64,000 bases of DNA from an uncultured Phycisphaerales bacterium (lineage in GTDB: Bacteria > Planctomycetota > Phycisphaerae > Tepidisphaerales > Tepidisphaeraceae), in the NCBI GenBank assembly GCA_963758525.1, contig CAVWVQ010000003.1, positions 2,240,001-2,304,000 of the forward strand, read 5' to 3'. Below are positions 53,971-64,000 of the stretch, piece after piece. The position numbers and the translations under genes were made by a program. Below the pieces are notes generated by a model, which made no database searches, was not told the origin of the DNA, and saw only the letters and a program-made list of their open reading frames with translations. The first letter of the stretch is position 1, and every line of letters begins with the position of its first letter.

Positions 53971-55716
53971 ATGAAACTCAGGCAATCATCTGTTGTATCC
54001 GCCGCGGCTGCCGTCGTTGTGGTCCTGCTGGAGGGGGTCGCCGGCGCAACCACGACCGGTCCGCTGATCAACGTGAACATCCTCGGAACCACCAGCGCGA
54101 CCAACGCATCCAACGGAGTTTACTCATCTAACGTGCCGGTCTCAGCGAATCAGACCGTCTACTTCGAGGTGACCGCGCAACTGGCCCCGATCGGAACCAC
54201 CCAACACAGCAACACCATCAACACACTGACGGCGCACCCGACTGCGACTACCACCGGTTACGATGGGTTGGACTCGTTTAGCTTTAATCTCTCCGATGCC
54301 GGTTCATTTGCCGGAGCTTTTCAGCAAAACTCGCTAACACTTTCCACCTCGCCCGACAATTGGGCGAATCTCGGATCCTCGCCCGGCACCGCAAATGGCG
54401 CGACGGTGAGCGCTGTCCGCGATCAGGACAACGCCGGCGTCTACGCTGGCGCAACTTCACCCACCGTCTTGCTTACCGGCTCCTTCGTCACCAACTCAAC
54501 GGTCGGGGGAATCTCAACCGTCGGCGGCGCCTTTGGCTCGGTTTCGAGCACGTTTCAGATTAATACCAATCCGAGCACCGGCCTGACCGGCACGAAAATC
54601 ACAATCGGCGCCAACGACGTTAACCATTACTCGGGCTTTACCGGCCTTTCGCTCAACGGAGGCGCGCTGAACTGGGATGGAGCAACCAACGCGAATTGGA
54701 GCACCCTCACCAGCGATACCAACTTCAGCTCTCTGAACTATACCGACGGGAGCACCGTGTCGTTCGGCGACTACGCCACGAACGGAACGACGGCCGTTAA
54801 GAACACCAATCCGATTACCATTGCCACCGGCGGTGTTCTCCCCGCGTCGGTGACGTTCAACAACGGCGCCGCCAACACCTACCGTTTCACCACTGCCGGA
54901 ACTGTCGGCATCGGCGGTTCAGCCACCACCGTCGCAGTTAATGGCCCGGGAAACGTGATCTTTGCTTCTCCGAACACCTACGCAGGCGCTACCACCATCA
55001 GCGGGGGAACTCTTCGGGCCAACAATGGAAGCAGCGGCTCAGCGACCGGAACCAGCAATATCACGCTCAGCGGCGGAGCCCTGGGAGGCAACGGGACGGT
55101 GACGGGCACCGTTACGGTCAACTCCGGCGGCACGATCACCGCCGGGCAGGACGCGGTTACTCCCGGCAAGCTCACAACCGGAGCCCAAGCCTGGAACGGC
55201 GGAGGGACCTATCTTGCGAAAATCACAGATGCCACGGGGACCGAGGGCAATGCCGACGGAAACGATGAGCTGTCGCTTGGCTCGCTGACCGTTGGCGCGA
55301 CGAATCAATCCCAGTTTAAAGTGACGCTGCAGAGCTTCACGATCGGGTCCCCGGACACGGCGGGAGCCGTCTCCCACTTCTCCCCCACTTCGAGCTACAC
55401 CTGGAAGATCGCGGAAATCAACGGGACGACGCTCAACAGCAGCACCTCTGTCCCGGCCGTTCTGGCAACGACCAACGCGGACGGGACGCCTGCCGTCAGT
55501 TCGACGGCTTTCGCCTTGGACACGTCTGATTTCGCAAACAGGAATTCTGCCGTCGGGACCTTCGCGCTGGAGGCAATTGACAACGGCAGTTCCGACACCC
55601 TCGAGGTTCTCTACACTTACAATTCCACGCCCGAGCCGGGCGCCTGCATGCTGCTCCTTATCGGCAGTGTGCCCACGATCCTCGGCCGGCGGCGACGCAA
55701 ATCAATCGTCGCCTAG
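53971..55716 (+). CDS. Secreted PEP-CTERM protein with one autotransporter-associated repeat
   Basis: Signal peptide; NTYAGATTISGGTL; TPEPGACMLLLIG...RRRRK. Confidence 0.88.
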   Translation: MKLRQSSVVSAAAAVVVVLLEGVAGATTTGPLINVNILGTTSATNASNGVYSSNVPVSANQTVYFEVTAQLAPIGTTQHSNTINTLTAHPTATTTGYDGLDSFSFNLSDAGSFAGAFQQNSLTLSTSPDNWANLGSSPGTANGATVSAVRDQDNAGVYAGATSPTVLLTGSFVTNSTVGGISTVGGAFGSVSSTFQINTNPSTGLTGTKITIGANDVNHYSGFTGLSLNGGALNWDGATNANWSTLTSDTNFSSLNYTDGSTVSFGDYATNGTTAVKNTNPITIATGGVLPASVTFNNGAANTYRFTTAGTVGIGGSATTVAVNGPGNVIFASPNTYAGATTISGGTLRANNGSSGSATGTSNITLSGGALGGNGTVTGTVTVNSGGTITAGQDAVTPGKLTTGAQAWNGGGTYLAKITDATGTEGNADGNDELSLGSLTVGATNQSQFKVTLQSFTIGSPDTAGAVSHFSPTSSYTWKIAEINGTTLNSSTSVPAVLATTNADGTPAVSSTAFALDTSDFANRNSAVGTFALEAIDNGSSDTLEVLYTYNSTPEPGACMLLLIGSVPTILGRRRRKSIVA

Positions 55717-55828
55717 CGAGGGCGGGCGACGATCGTCACTGTGGGTCCTTTTGATGTATCCGCTCGCCGCTGCGATTTCCGAGGGGTGAGTGGAGAGTGA
55801 AGGGTAAGAAGGGGGGCCTGTGAGAGGC

Positions 55829-55894
55829 GAAGAGCCCGTAGCGGGTCTGTAAGGGGTCAATGCCGAATGGGCCCAACGGCGCGCCGGAGCCTGA
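55829..55894. repeat. 66-bp dispersed repeat, copy 2
   Basis: 60/66 identical to 40808-40873. Confidence 0.85.
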
Positions 55895-56148
55895 AGGCCG
55901 CGGGATACGAGGTCCCCAAGGGAGGCGGCGCGCACCACCACACGATTGAATCGCTCAAGCTCACGATTAGTGATGACGGCACGATCGTGAAGCCCTTGCA
56001 GGCCTTTCGCGCCAAACGCGCTGGCGGAAATGATGAGACGACCGGAGTGGCGAGCGATGCTGAGGTAAACGAATTGCGATTACTCGCTGTCAACTTGCGA
56101 GATCAGGTGATCGCCTGGTTGAAGAAAGAGCATTCGGCTCTCCTGTGA
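55891..56148 (+). pseudogene. C-terminal fragment of a HEPN-like protein
   Basis: LKAAGY...AHH.TIESL..TI...FRAKR pattern; the 5' part is replaced by the 66-bp repeat. Confidence 0.4.
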
Positions 56149-56181
56149 GAAGTCGGCAAAAGGGCGCGACTCAGCGCAGCT

Positions 56182-57360
56182 TCAATCCGATGGCTCTGTC
56201 GTCGGCGAGTTCCCCAGGATTTGCCGGCGCAACGCATCCGCCGCGGCTTCGGCGGCGGGTCCGCGCAGAGCGGGATCGAACGCCACCGATCGCCCGAGCA
56301 CTTTCTCCAGCGCCCGCAGCGCCGCGGGCTTGATGCCGGGCGCATCGATCTCCAGGCAATCGAGCAGGAAATCCGGGTCGCGCAGAGCCGCGGACCGGTC
56401 CTGCACCTTGGCCCTCCGCCCCTGTGCGATGACGTCCATGAGTGCGGTCTGCTGCTGCGGCGTCATCGTGGAGAGATCCATCCTCATCGCCGCGAGAATC
56501 CCGCGGCCTCCCATGGCCCGGATCCGGTCGGTCGCGGCGTTCCGCTCCGCCGGCACCGTGGAATCCAATGCCGGCAGCAGCGATCCGAGCTCCCGCGCGG
56601 AGGCTTCATCCGCGGGTATCTCCGGGAAGACCTCATAGAGGTCGCTCACCCCCGGCAGCATCCGCGACGTATCGGTCAGCTTGCCGAGCACCGGCAGCAG
56701 AAACTTGCGGTATTCCGCCGGGTGTTCGTTTCTGAGCTGCCCGAGATTGCGGGCGGTGAAGGTCAGGTGCGTCGATCGCGGCAACACGCCAGAATCGATG
56801 TCGTTCACGGCGAGCGTCGTGTCGGCCGGGCCCTCGCTGAAATTGATGCGTTGCTCGAGCGATTCCGCGGAGAGGGAAATGGAGTGCGGGTTGACGTTGA
56901 GATACGTGGCCCAGATCGCCTGGGGGTCCTTCTGATCGAAGTCGTAGCGGTTGAGAAGAAGCATCGGCCTGGGACGCGCGGCGCGAGGTCCCCGTGTCTC
57001 CTTTGCCAGCACCAACCACATTCCGCCGGAGTCGCTGACGTTGATGCGCGTGAGTTGCGGCGCATCAAATCCGCCAATCTCCACCGCGAGCCGTCCCTGC
57101 TCCACGAAGACGCGCGCCACCGCATCCCGGTGCAGCGTGGCGGTGACGGTCATCGAATTGCACTCGTCCTGGGCGTCACGTTCGTTCTGACGCTGCTGGT
57201 CGAGAAAGCTGGGGGCGGACGTGGCGGGATTCGTGGCCGGCGTTTTGTGCGACGCGAAAACCGCCGATTCCTGATTGATCAGGAAAAAGCCGCCGAGGGC
57301 AATCGCGGCCGCGCCCGCGCCATCGGCGCGCGACGTCGCGTTGCAAAAGATCGGCAGCAA
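56182..57360 (-). CDS. Hypothetical exported protein (start uncertain)
   Basis: Long ORF with signal-like segment and helical C-terminus. Confidence 0.55.
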   Translation of the reverse strand: MLPIFCNATSRADGAGAAAIALGGFFLINQESAVFASHKTPATNPATSAPSFLDQQRQNERDAQDECNSMTVTATLHRDAVARVFVEQGRLAVEIGGFDAPQLTRINVSDSGGMWLVLAKETRGPRAARPRPMLLLNRYDFDQKDPQAIWATYLNVNPHSISLSAESLEQRINFSEGPADTTLAVNDIDSGVLPRSTHLTFTARNLGQLRNEHPAEYRKFLLPVLGKLTDTSRMLPGVSDLYEVFPEIPADEASARELGSLLPALDSTVPAERNAATDRIRAMGGRGILAAMRMDLSTMTPQQQTALMDVIAQGRRAKVQDRSAALRDPDFLLDCLEIDAPGIKPAALRALEKVLGRSVAFDPALRGPAAEAAADALRRQILGNSPTTEPSD

Positions 57361-57402
57361 CCTATCTCGGCCCGCTTTGGCAAGAACAATGGAAAGCAGG
57401 GT

Positions 57403-57762
57403 CTAATGCTGCTTGATCTGTTCCAGACCTTTTTGAACGGTGTTGCTGACATCGCCAGCTTTTTCTTTCACGGTGTCGAGATCCGCCTTCACGGTCGCCC
57501 GATTGAACCAGTGGCTGAAAGCGCCAGTATAGATGGTCGTGCCGTTCTGTTGCACATCAACCCAGAGGTACCGGTCGTTAAACTGGACGTTGTTGACGAA
57601 GCTCTCGGCCTGCATTTTGTCCCAGCCGGCGGAGAAGAAGTTGGTGTCGCCCTTGGTTGACTGCTGCACCACGTAATTCTCGAAGTCCGCCTTTGACGGA
57701 CGGGTGAAAAACGCCGCTCCGCACAATGCCACGAGGAGAACAAAGATAATGAGGCTCTTCAT
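57403..57762 (-). CDS. Small exported hypothetical protein
   Basis: MKSLIIFVLLVALCGAAFFTRPS; ends YTGAFSHWF. Confidence 0.65.
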   Translation of the reverse strand: MKSLIIFVLLVALCGAAFFTRPSKADFENYVVQQSTKGDTNFFSAGWDKMQAESFVNNVQFNDRYLWVDVQQNGTTIYTGAFSHWFNRATVKADLDTVKEKAGDVSNTVQKGLEQIKQH

Positions 57763-57885
57763 GCCCGCATTATATAAGCCTGGGCGATGGAGTGGCATGA
57801 GAGGTTTGCGGAATTTTTATATCGATCCTCCTTGCGTTGCAATTTCCCCGCCATCCGCGATAACCGCTCCGCTGACATCCGTACC

Positions 57886-59160
57886 ATGCACGCATCGCTG
57901 TCCCAGCCATCCGAGAAGCTTCGTCGCCCGCGCGGCTCGGCAGACATACGCGTGCTGTTCATCACTGAGTTTATCACCTCGGCCGGGGCGAACTTTCTGC
58001 AGGTCGGCATTTTTTTCTATACCGCCCACCGCTTTCAATGGACGCTGCGGAGCAACTTTCTTCTCGCCGCGATGCAGGGCGTTGCCTATGTGCTGGGCGC
58101 GATGAACGCCAATCGGCTCACGCGCGTCTGGTCGCGCCGCGCTGCGCTGACGCGGATTTATTTCAGTATGTCGGTCGTGGCACTGCTCGGCGCGGCGCTG
58201 CCGTATTCGGCGGTCCTGGCAGTGCTGCTGCCGGTCTATTCCGGCATTGCCGCCATGAGCTGGCCCATCCTGGAAAGCCTGGTTTCCGAGGGGCTGGACA
58301 GCGAAGACCTCAGCCGGCGAATCGCCATTTACAACCTGATTTGGTCCGCTGCCGGAGCGGGGGTGCTTGCCGTCAACGGAGTCATCATTGAGCGCTTCAG
58401 CGGCGGCGTGTTTGCGTTTCCCGCGATACTCCACGGGGTCGGCATGATGCTCATCCGCCGGACCTCCCGCACCAATTCCGACCCTGCCCCAGTTTCGGTG
58501 CATTCCGATGAGTCGCACGCGCACGCGATGCCCGTCGAGCCCGAACTGCTTCGTCTCCGCACCACCGCGTTATGGCTTTCGCGCGTTGCGCTGCCCGCCA
58601 CATATGTGCTCATCTACAGCCTCATGGCGCTCATGCCGTCGCTCCCCGTCTTTCGAACCCTCGATCCGGCGCGCCAGACGCTCGTCGGCAGCACCTGGAT
58701 GGCCACGCGCTTGCTCGCCTTTCTTCTGCTGGGGATGACAAACTGGTGGCACACACGCCCCCGCATTCTGATCGCAGCGGCCTGGCTCATGCTTATCGCG
58801 TTTCTCGCAACGGTAATCCGCCCGTCCGATCTCCTGGGCCATGGAACGCAGTCCACCGATCTGCTGGCGATGATTCTGTCGCAGATTCTGCTCGGCTTCG
58901 CGCTGGGACTGATCTATGCTGCGAGCCTTTACTTCGGCATGGTGCTCAGCGAAGGAAGCACGGAGCATGGCGGTTATCACGAGGCATTGATCGGTCTGGG
59001 ATCCGTGCTCGGCCCAGGAGCCGGTGCGATCGCGCAATGGCTGCGGCCGGGAAACGTGCGGGCGGGCATCATCGCGGTTGGGGGCGTGATCACCGCCAGT
59101 GTGCTTGCCGTTGGCGTTACGGCGGCGATCATTCGGCTGAAGAAGCGGAAGCTGAGCTAA
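57886..59160 (+). CDS. MFS-type transporter
   Basis: About 12 hydrophobic segments; WPILES, YNLIWS, HGGYHEALIG. Confidence 0.75.
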   Translation: MHASLSQPSEKLRRPRGSADIRVLFITEFITSAGANFLQVGIFFYTAHRFQWTLRSNFLLAAMQGVAYVLGAMNANRLTRVWSRRAALTRIYFSMSVVALLGAALPYSAVLAVLLPVYSGIAAMSWPILESLVSEGLDSEDLSRRIAIYNLIWSAAGAGVLAVNGVIIERFSGGVFAFPAILHGVGMMLIRRTSRTNSDPAPVSVHSDESHAHAMPVEPELLRLRTTALWLSRVALPATYVLIYSLMALMPSLPVFRTLDPARQTLVGSTWMATRLLAFLLLGMTNWWHTRPRILIAAAWLMLIAFLATVIRPSDLLGHGTQSTDLLAMILSQILLGFALGLIYAASLYFGMVLSEGSTEHGGYHEALIGLGSVLGPGAGAIAQWLRPGNVRAGIIAVGGVITASVLAVGVTAAIIRLKKRKLS

Positions 59161-59161
59161 T

Positions 59162-60727
59162 ATGACGGCTATGACGACGGAATCTCGACCGACTCAAATC
59201 CGCTGGCGTTGGGCCGCTCTCACTCTCGGCATCGCGGCGCTGGCGCTGCTCGTGGTCCAAACCACCGATCGCATTGAGGGAAACTTCAAGTTTCCGGCGA
59301 GCCTGCTCGTGCTGGCGCTGACAGGGCTTGCACTCACCATCTGGATGCTGCTCAGCGGAATCCCGCTTCGCACAAAAATGCTCATCGTATGCGGCGTCCT
59401 GCTGATCCTCATTGGCGGCGGCGTGTTCATCCGAACGTTTCTCAAAATGCAGGGCTCGTTCACCGGCGCCGGCGTCCCGCGACTGGTCTGGAAATCCACC
59501 CCGCCGCCCGATGCCGCGCTGGCGCCGGCGGCCGTGCCAGCGCAATCCGCCGCGGTCAGCCTGGTCGCGACGAGCAACGACTGGCCGCAGTTTCTCGGTC
59601 CACAACGCAGCAATGTCGTCGACGACCCCGGCCTCTCCACCGATTGGGCAACGCATCCTCCCAAACAACTCTGGCGGCAGCCGATCGGAGCCGGATGGGG
59701 TTCGTTTGCAATCGTGAACGGCTTTGCGATTACCCAGGAACAACGCGGCCCGCGGGAACTGATCACCTGTCTCGAAGCTCGCACCGGGGCCGTCCGCTGG
59801 CAGCACGCCAACACCACGCGCTTCAGCGAAGGCATGGGAGGCGACGGGCCGCGCACCACGCCGACGATCCTTGACGGCCGGGTCTACGTGACGGGCGCCA
59901 CCGGCATTCTCGATTGCCTCGACGGCGCAACCGGCAACGTCATCTGGTCGCGAAACATCCTGACGGATTTCCATTCCAAGAATCTGACGTGGGGCAAGAG
60001 CTGTTCGCCGCTGATTGTCGGTCAACTCGTCATCGTCACGGGCGGCGATTCACCCGGACCGTCGGTCCTCGCATTTGACAAACAGAGCGGAAAGCCGGTC
60101 TGGAACTCCGGGACAGATCAATCTGCCTACTGCTCTGCGGCGATTGCGACCATCGCCGGCTGGCGCGAAGTGGTGGTCGTAAACGCCCACAGCGTGAGCG
60201 GCTGCGATGTGAATGATGGCGCCCAACTCTGGTCTTATTCCTGGCCCGGCAACTGGCCGAAAGTCTCGCAAGCTCTCGCCTTTGACGGCGATCGCGTTTT
60301 TATCTCTGCCGGATATGGTCTTGGCTGCGCGATGCTGCACCTCTCCACCACCCCGCACGGCGGCCAATCCGTTTCGCTGCTGTGGAACAATCGCAAACTC
60401 AAGACCGAATTCACCAACATCGCCGCCAAAGACAATTTCATTTACGGGCTCGATGACGGCGTCCTCACCTGCCTCGATTCCAGCACCGGTACGCGAAATT
60501 GGCGCGACGGAAGTTACGGCCACGGCCAACTCTTTCGGGCCGGCAACCTGCTGATCGTCCAGGCCGAGTCCGGCGACATTGCCCTCGTCGAGGCGATTCC
60601 GCAACGATATCACGAGCTTGCGACGTTCACCGCCCTCACCAGCAAAACCTGGAACAACCCCGCCCTGTCCGGGCATCTGTTGCTGGTTCGCAACGACCGC
60701 GAAGCGGCGTGTTATGAACTGCCGTGA
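59162..60727 (+). CDS. PQQ-binding-like beta-propeller protein with N-terminal TM segments
   Basis: DWPQFLGPQR, LWRQPIGAG, GPRTTP, CLD..TG..W repeats, TWNNPAL. Confidence 0.88.
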   Translation: MTAMTTESRPTQIRWRWAALTLGIAALALLVVQTTDRIEGNFKFPASLLVLALTGLALTIWMLLSGIPLRTKMLIVCGVLLILIGGGVFIRTFLKMQGSFTGAGVPRLVWKSTPPPDAALAPAAVPAQSAAVSLVATSNDWPQFLGPQRSNVVDDPGLSTDWATHPPKQLWRQPIGAGWGSFAIVNGFAITQEQRGPRELITCLEARTGAVRWQHANTTRFSEGMGGDGPRTTPTILDGRVYVTGATGILDCLDGATGNVIWSRNILTDFHSKNLTWGKSCSPLIVGQLVIVTGGDSPGPSVLAFDKQSGKPVWNSGTDQSAYCSAAIATIAGWREVVVVNAHSVSGCDVNDGAQLWSYSWPGNWPKVSQALAFDGDRVFISAGYGLGCAMLHLSTTPHGGQSVSLLWNNRKLKTEFTNIAAKDNFIYGLDDGVLTCLDSSTGTRNWRDGSYGHGQLFRAGNLLIVQAESGDIALVEAIPQRYHELATFTALTSKTWNNPALSGHLLLVRNDREAACYELP

Positions 60728-60789
60728 GGAACGCGGTCCAACAGGCCACGGTGACGGCGATTGGCGGAACGCCAAGTCGCCGGTTGCCC

Positions 60790-61131
60790 TCACGCATCTT
60801 CAATCCGATGAAGAATCGCGGGAAGATCCCGAGCGCCGTGGATGATGGCAATGATTTGAATGCCGTCGGTGACTGGGCGATAGAAAATAACGTAGTCATT
60901 AAAGCGGCGTGAGATTGAAGTGACTCGCAAATTCTTCATCGCAGCAATCGGAGAATTCCACCTTCGGCCGATACCGGGCATTTGGAGAATCAGATCGAAC
61001 GCCTGTCGTGATTCTTCGAGAAAGCGCCGAGCGGTGGTTTCGTTTCGTTGGACGTAATACTCGTAAATGTCGATGAGGTCCTGCTTGGCTCGCTCGTGCT
61101 TGAAGAGGCGCCCCCGGTTTCGCCATTTCAT
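60790..61131 (-). CDS. parE: ParE-family toxin
   Basis: AKQDLIDIYEY, MPGIG, YVIFYR, IIAIIHGARDL. Confidence 0.85.
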   Translation of the reverse strand: MKWRNRGRLFKHERAKQDLIDIYEYYVQRNETTARRFLEESRQAFDLILQMPGIGRRWNSPIAAMKNLRVTSISRRFNDYVIFYRPVTDGIQIIAIIHGARDLPAILHRIEDA

Positions 61132-61388
61132 GGACGCGCCTTTTTGCGAGCCCGCTTTTGGCCCGCGTTGCGGATATCGTCCCAGTCGCGGTCGGTCATT
61201 TCCGTAAGCGGTGTCTGCATCGCTTCGACCAATGTTTGATCCAGCTGGACGCAAACAGCCTTCTCGCGTTCGCGCCGAATGATGTCTTGCACGAACTCGC
61301 TGGCAGTGCCGAAGCCGCGCGTTTCGACCTGGGCTTGCACCCACTGCCGCAACACGGCCGGAAGTGAGATATTCATCGATGAGCGCAT
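61128..61388 (-). CDS. parD: ParD-like ribbon-helix-helix antitoxin
   Basis: MNISLP..LRQWV..QV...GF.TASEFV.DIIR; overlaps the parE start. Confidence 0.82.
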   Translation of the reverse strand: MRSSMNISLPAVLRQWVQAQVETRGFGTASEFVQDIIRREREKAVCVQLDQTLVEAMQTPLTEMTDRDWDDIRNAGQKRARKKARP

Positions 61389-61521
61389 GAAAACAGTGTA
61401 CTCATCCGCGCGCTGCTGCTGCAAGTACTGCTACAAAGGTGCCGAAAGCGCAATGATATGTGATCAAGTGGGTCGGTCGTCCGCGTAGTGGACTACCGCA
61501 CGCATGAGTGTGCCCGTTCGA

Positions 61522-61785
61522 TTAACTCTGATGCCTCCGGCCCGCCGAGCCGGCCCGGCCGGCTTTGCGAATGTCGTCCCAGTTTGCGTCGGTCATCTCT
61601 GAGACCAGCGACTGCATCGCGCCGCTGACTCTCTGATCGCGTTGGCGGATTATTTCCTTTTCCCGCTCACGTCGAATGATGTCGCTGATGAATTCGCCGC
61701 AACTCCCAAACCCGCGCCGAGCCGCCTGGTCTTCGGCCCATTGCGATAAAACCGGGGAAAGCGATACGGTCATGCTGGCATCCAT
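61522..61785 (-). CDS. Second ParD-like antitoxin
   Basis: MTVSLSP..SQWAEDQ..RRGF.S.GEFISDIIRREREK, paralogous to 61128-61388. Confidence 0.7.
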   Translation of the reverse strand: MDASMTVSLSPVLSQWAEDQAARRGFGSCGEFISDIIRREREKEIIRQRDQRVSGAMQSLVSEMTDANWDDIRKAGRAGSAGRRHQS

Positions 61786-61843
61786 GCGAGGAGTATAGCT
61801 GGCCTTCCCGGCAATATCAGAAATTGCCTGACTCTGCGCCAGC

Positions 61844-61895
61844 TTGACATGGGGGCATACCGCTGCAACAATCCATCCGGATAGAGCGATGGTTG
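61844..61895 (+). promoter_or_regulatory. Promoter plus palindromic operator upstream of the sahR-like gene
   Basis: TTGACA-17 bp-AACAAT, then CCATC-N10-GATGG overlapping the ATG. Confidence 0.5.
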
Positions 61896-62866
61896 AACAG
61901 CTTTCCCAACCCGATTCCCTTCTCGCCTGGATGGGATGTCTTGCCGATGCCACCCGGCTGCGTCTGCTGCGCCTGCTGGAGCGTAACGAGTTGGGGGTGG
62001 CGGAGTTATGCGACGTGTTGCAGCTGCCGCAATCGACGGTCTCCCGGCATCTCAAGGTGCTGGGTGACCAGCGATGGGTCAAGAGCCGCCGGCAGGGGAC
62101 GAACCATCTCTACCAGTTGTTGTTGGACGAACTCGAGCCTTCAGCCCGGCGACTTTGGCTTTTGGCGCGCGATCAGAGCGATCAGTGGCCCACGGCGCGG
62201 CACGATGCATCGCGCCTCCAGCGAGTTTTGGCGGAGCGGCAGTCCGACAGCCAGGCGTTCTTTGCCTCCACGGCCGAGCATTGGGACAAGCTCCGTGATG
62301 ACTTCTACGGACAAACTTTTACGACCCACGCGCTGCTGGCGCTGCTTCCCCCCGGATGCGTCATAGCCGACCTCGGTTGCGGCACCGGCCGCGCGACGGC
62401 GCTGCTGGCGCCCTATGCGGGCAAAGTGATCGGCGTCGATAACTCCGCCGCCATGCTAAAGGCCGCCCGCCGCAGAACAGCCGCCGCGACCAATGTCGAG
62501 CTTCGCCGCGGCGAGCTCGAGGAATTGCCCATCGATTCAGCGTCCTGTGACGCGGCCCTGCTCCTGCTGGGGCTGACATACATGAGCAATCCGCCGGCCG
62601 TGCTGCGCGAGTCGCATCGCGTGCTCCGCCCGGGCGGCCGGGCGGTTGTCGTCGATCTGCTGTCGCACGATCGCGATGACTTCCGCAAGCAGATGGATCA
62701 ACGCTGGCCCGGGTTCGCGCCGCCGAAAATGGAGGCGATGCTCCATGATGCCGGCTACGTCTCAATTGCGGTCCGGTCACTGCCCCCCGAAGCGAAAGTC
62801 AAGGGACCGGGGTTATTCTTGGCCACCGCGCTGCGCCCCGCCAACACTGGAGCCGCGATGCAGTGA
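61889..62866 (+). CDS. sahR: ArsR-family regulator fused to a SAM-methyltransferase domain (SahR-like)
   Basis: LADATRLRLL..PQSTVSRHLKVL, then DLGCGTG; directly upstream of ahcY. Confidence 0.8.
   Translation: MVEQLSQPDSLLAWMGCLADATRLRLLRLLERNELGVAELCDVLQLPQSTVSRHLKVLGDQRWVKSRRQGTNHLYQLLLDELEPSARRLWLLARDQSDQWPTARHDASRLQRVLAERQSDSQAFFASTAEHWDKLRDDFYGQTFTTHALLALLPPGCVIADLGCGTGRATALLAPYAGKVIGVDNSAAMLKAARRRTAAATNVELRRGELEELPIDSASCDAALLLLGLTYMSNPPAVLRESHRVLRPGGRAVVVDLLSHDRDDFRKQMDQRWPGFAPPKMEAMLHDAGYVSIAVRSLPPEAKVKGPGLFLATALRPANTGAAMQ

Positions 62867-64000
<1,134 letters not shown>

Overview
GC-rich bacterial DNA. The gene content points to a planctomycete, most likely Phycisphaerae/Tepidisphaerales (inference from DUF1559 prepilin-like genes, PEP-CTERM and LEPRxLL-type secreted proteins and a PQQ-like propeller). 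The flanks are housekeeping. Left: a Gld-like ABC operon, korAB, HDOD, thiE, murJ, an ArnT-like gene and waaF. Right: an MFS transporter, a PQQ-propeller, ParDE and sahR-ahcY. The accessory core (about 21-56 kb) repeats one gene set: DUF1559/H-X9-DG prepilin-like genes (x3), TPR-SPINDLY/GT41 glycosyltransferases (x2) and large Ser/Thr/Gly-rich secreted proteins (three PEP-CTERM, one LEPRxLL/dockerin-like). It also holds an S1/P1 nuclease, a deleted phosphodiesterase and a recurring 11-bp-period upstream motif. Inside it lies a precisely bounded 3,966-bp IS1-family cargo transposon (perfect 19-bp TIRs, 8-bp TSD). This element carries a DUF262-HNH nuclease, a catalytically deleted EcoRI-type methylase, a small basic protein whose first codons duplicate the transposase promoter spacer, and a candidate structured RNA. 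A 277-bp MITE splits a hidden toxin-antitoxin pair, and palindromic/short repeats sit in frame inside several genes. Many single-base frameshifts, including in housekeeping genes, most likely reflect long-read indel errors.
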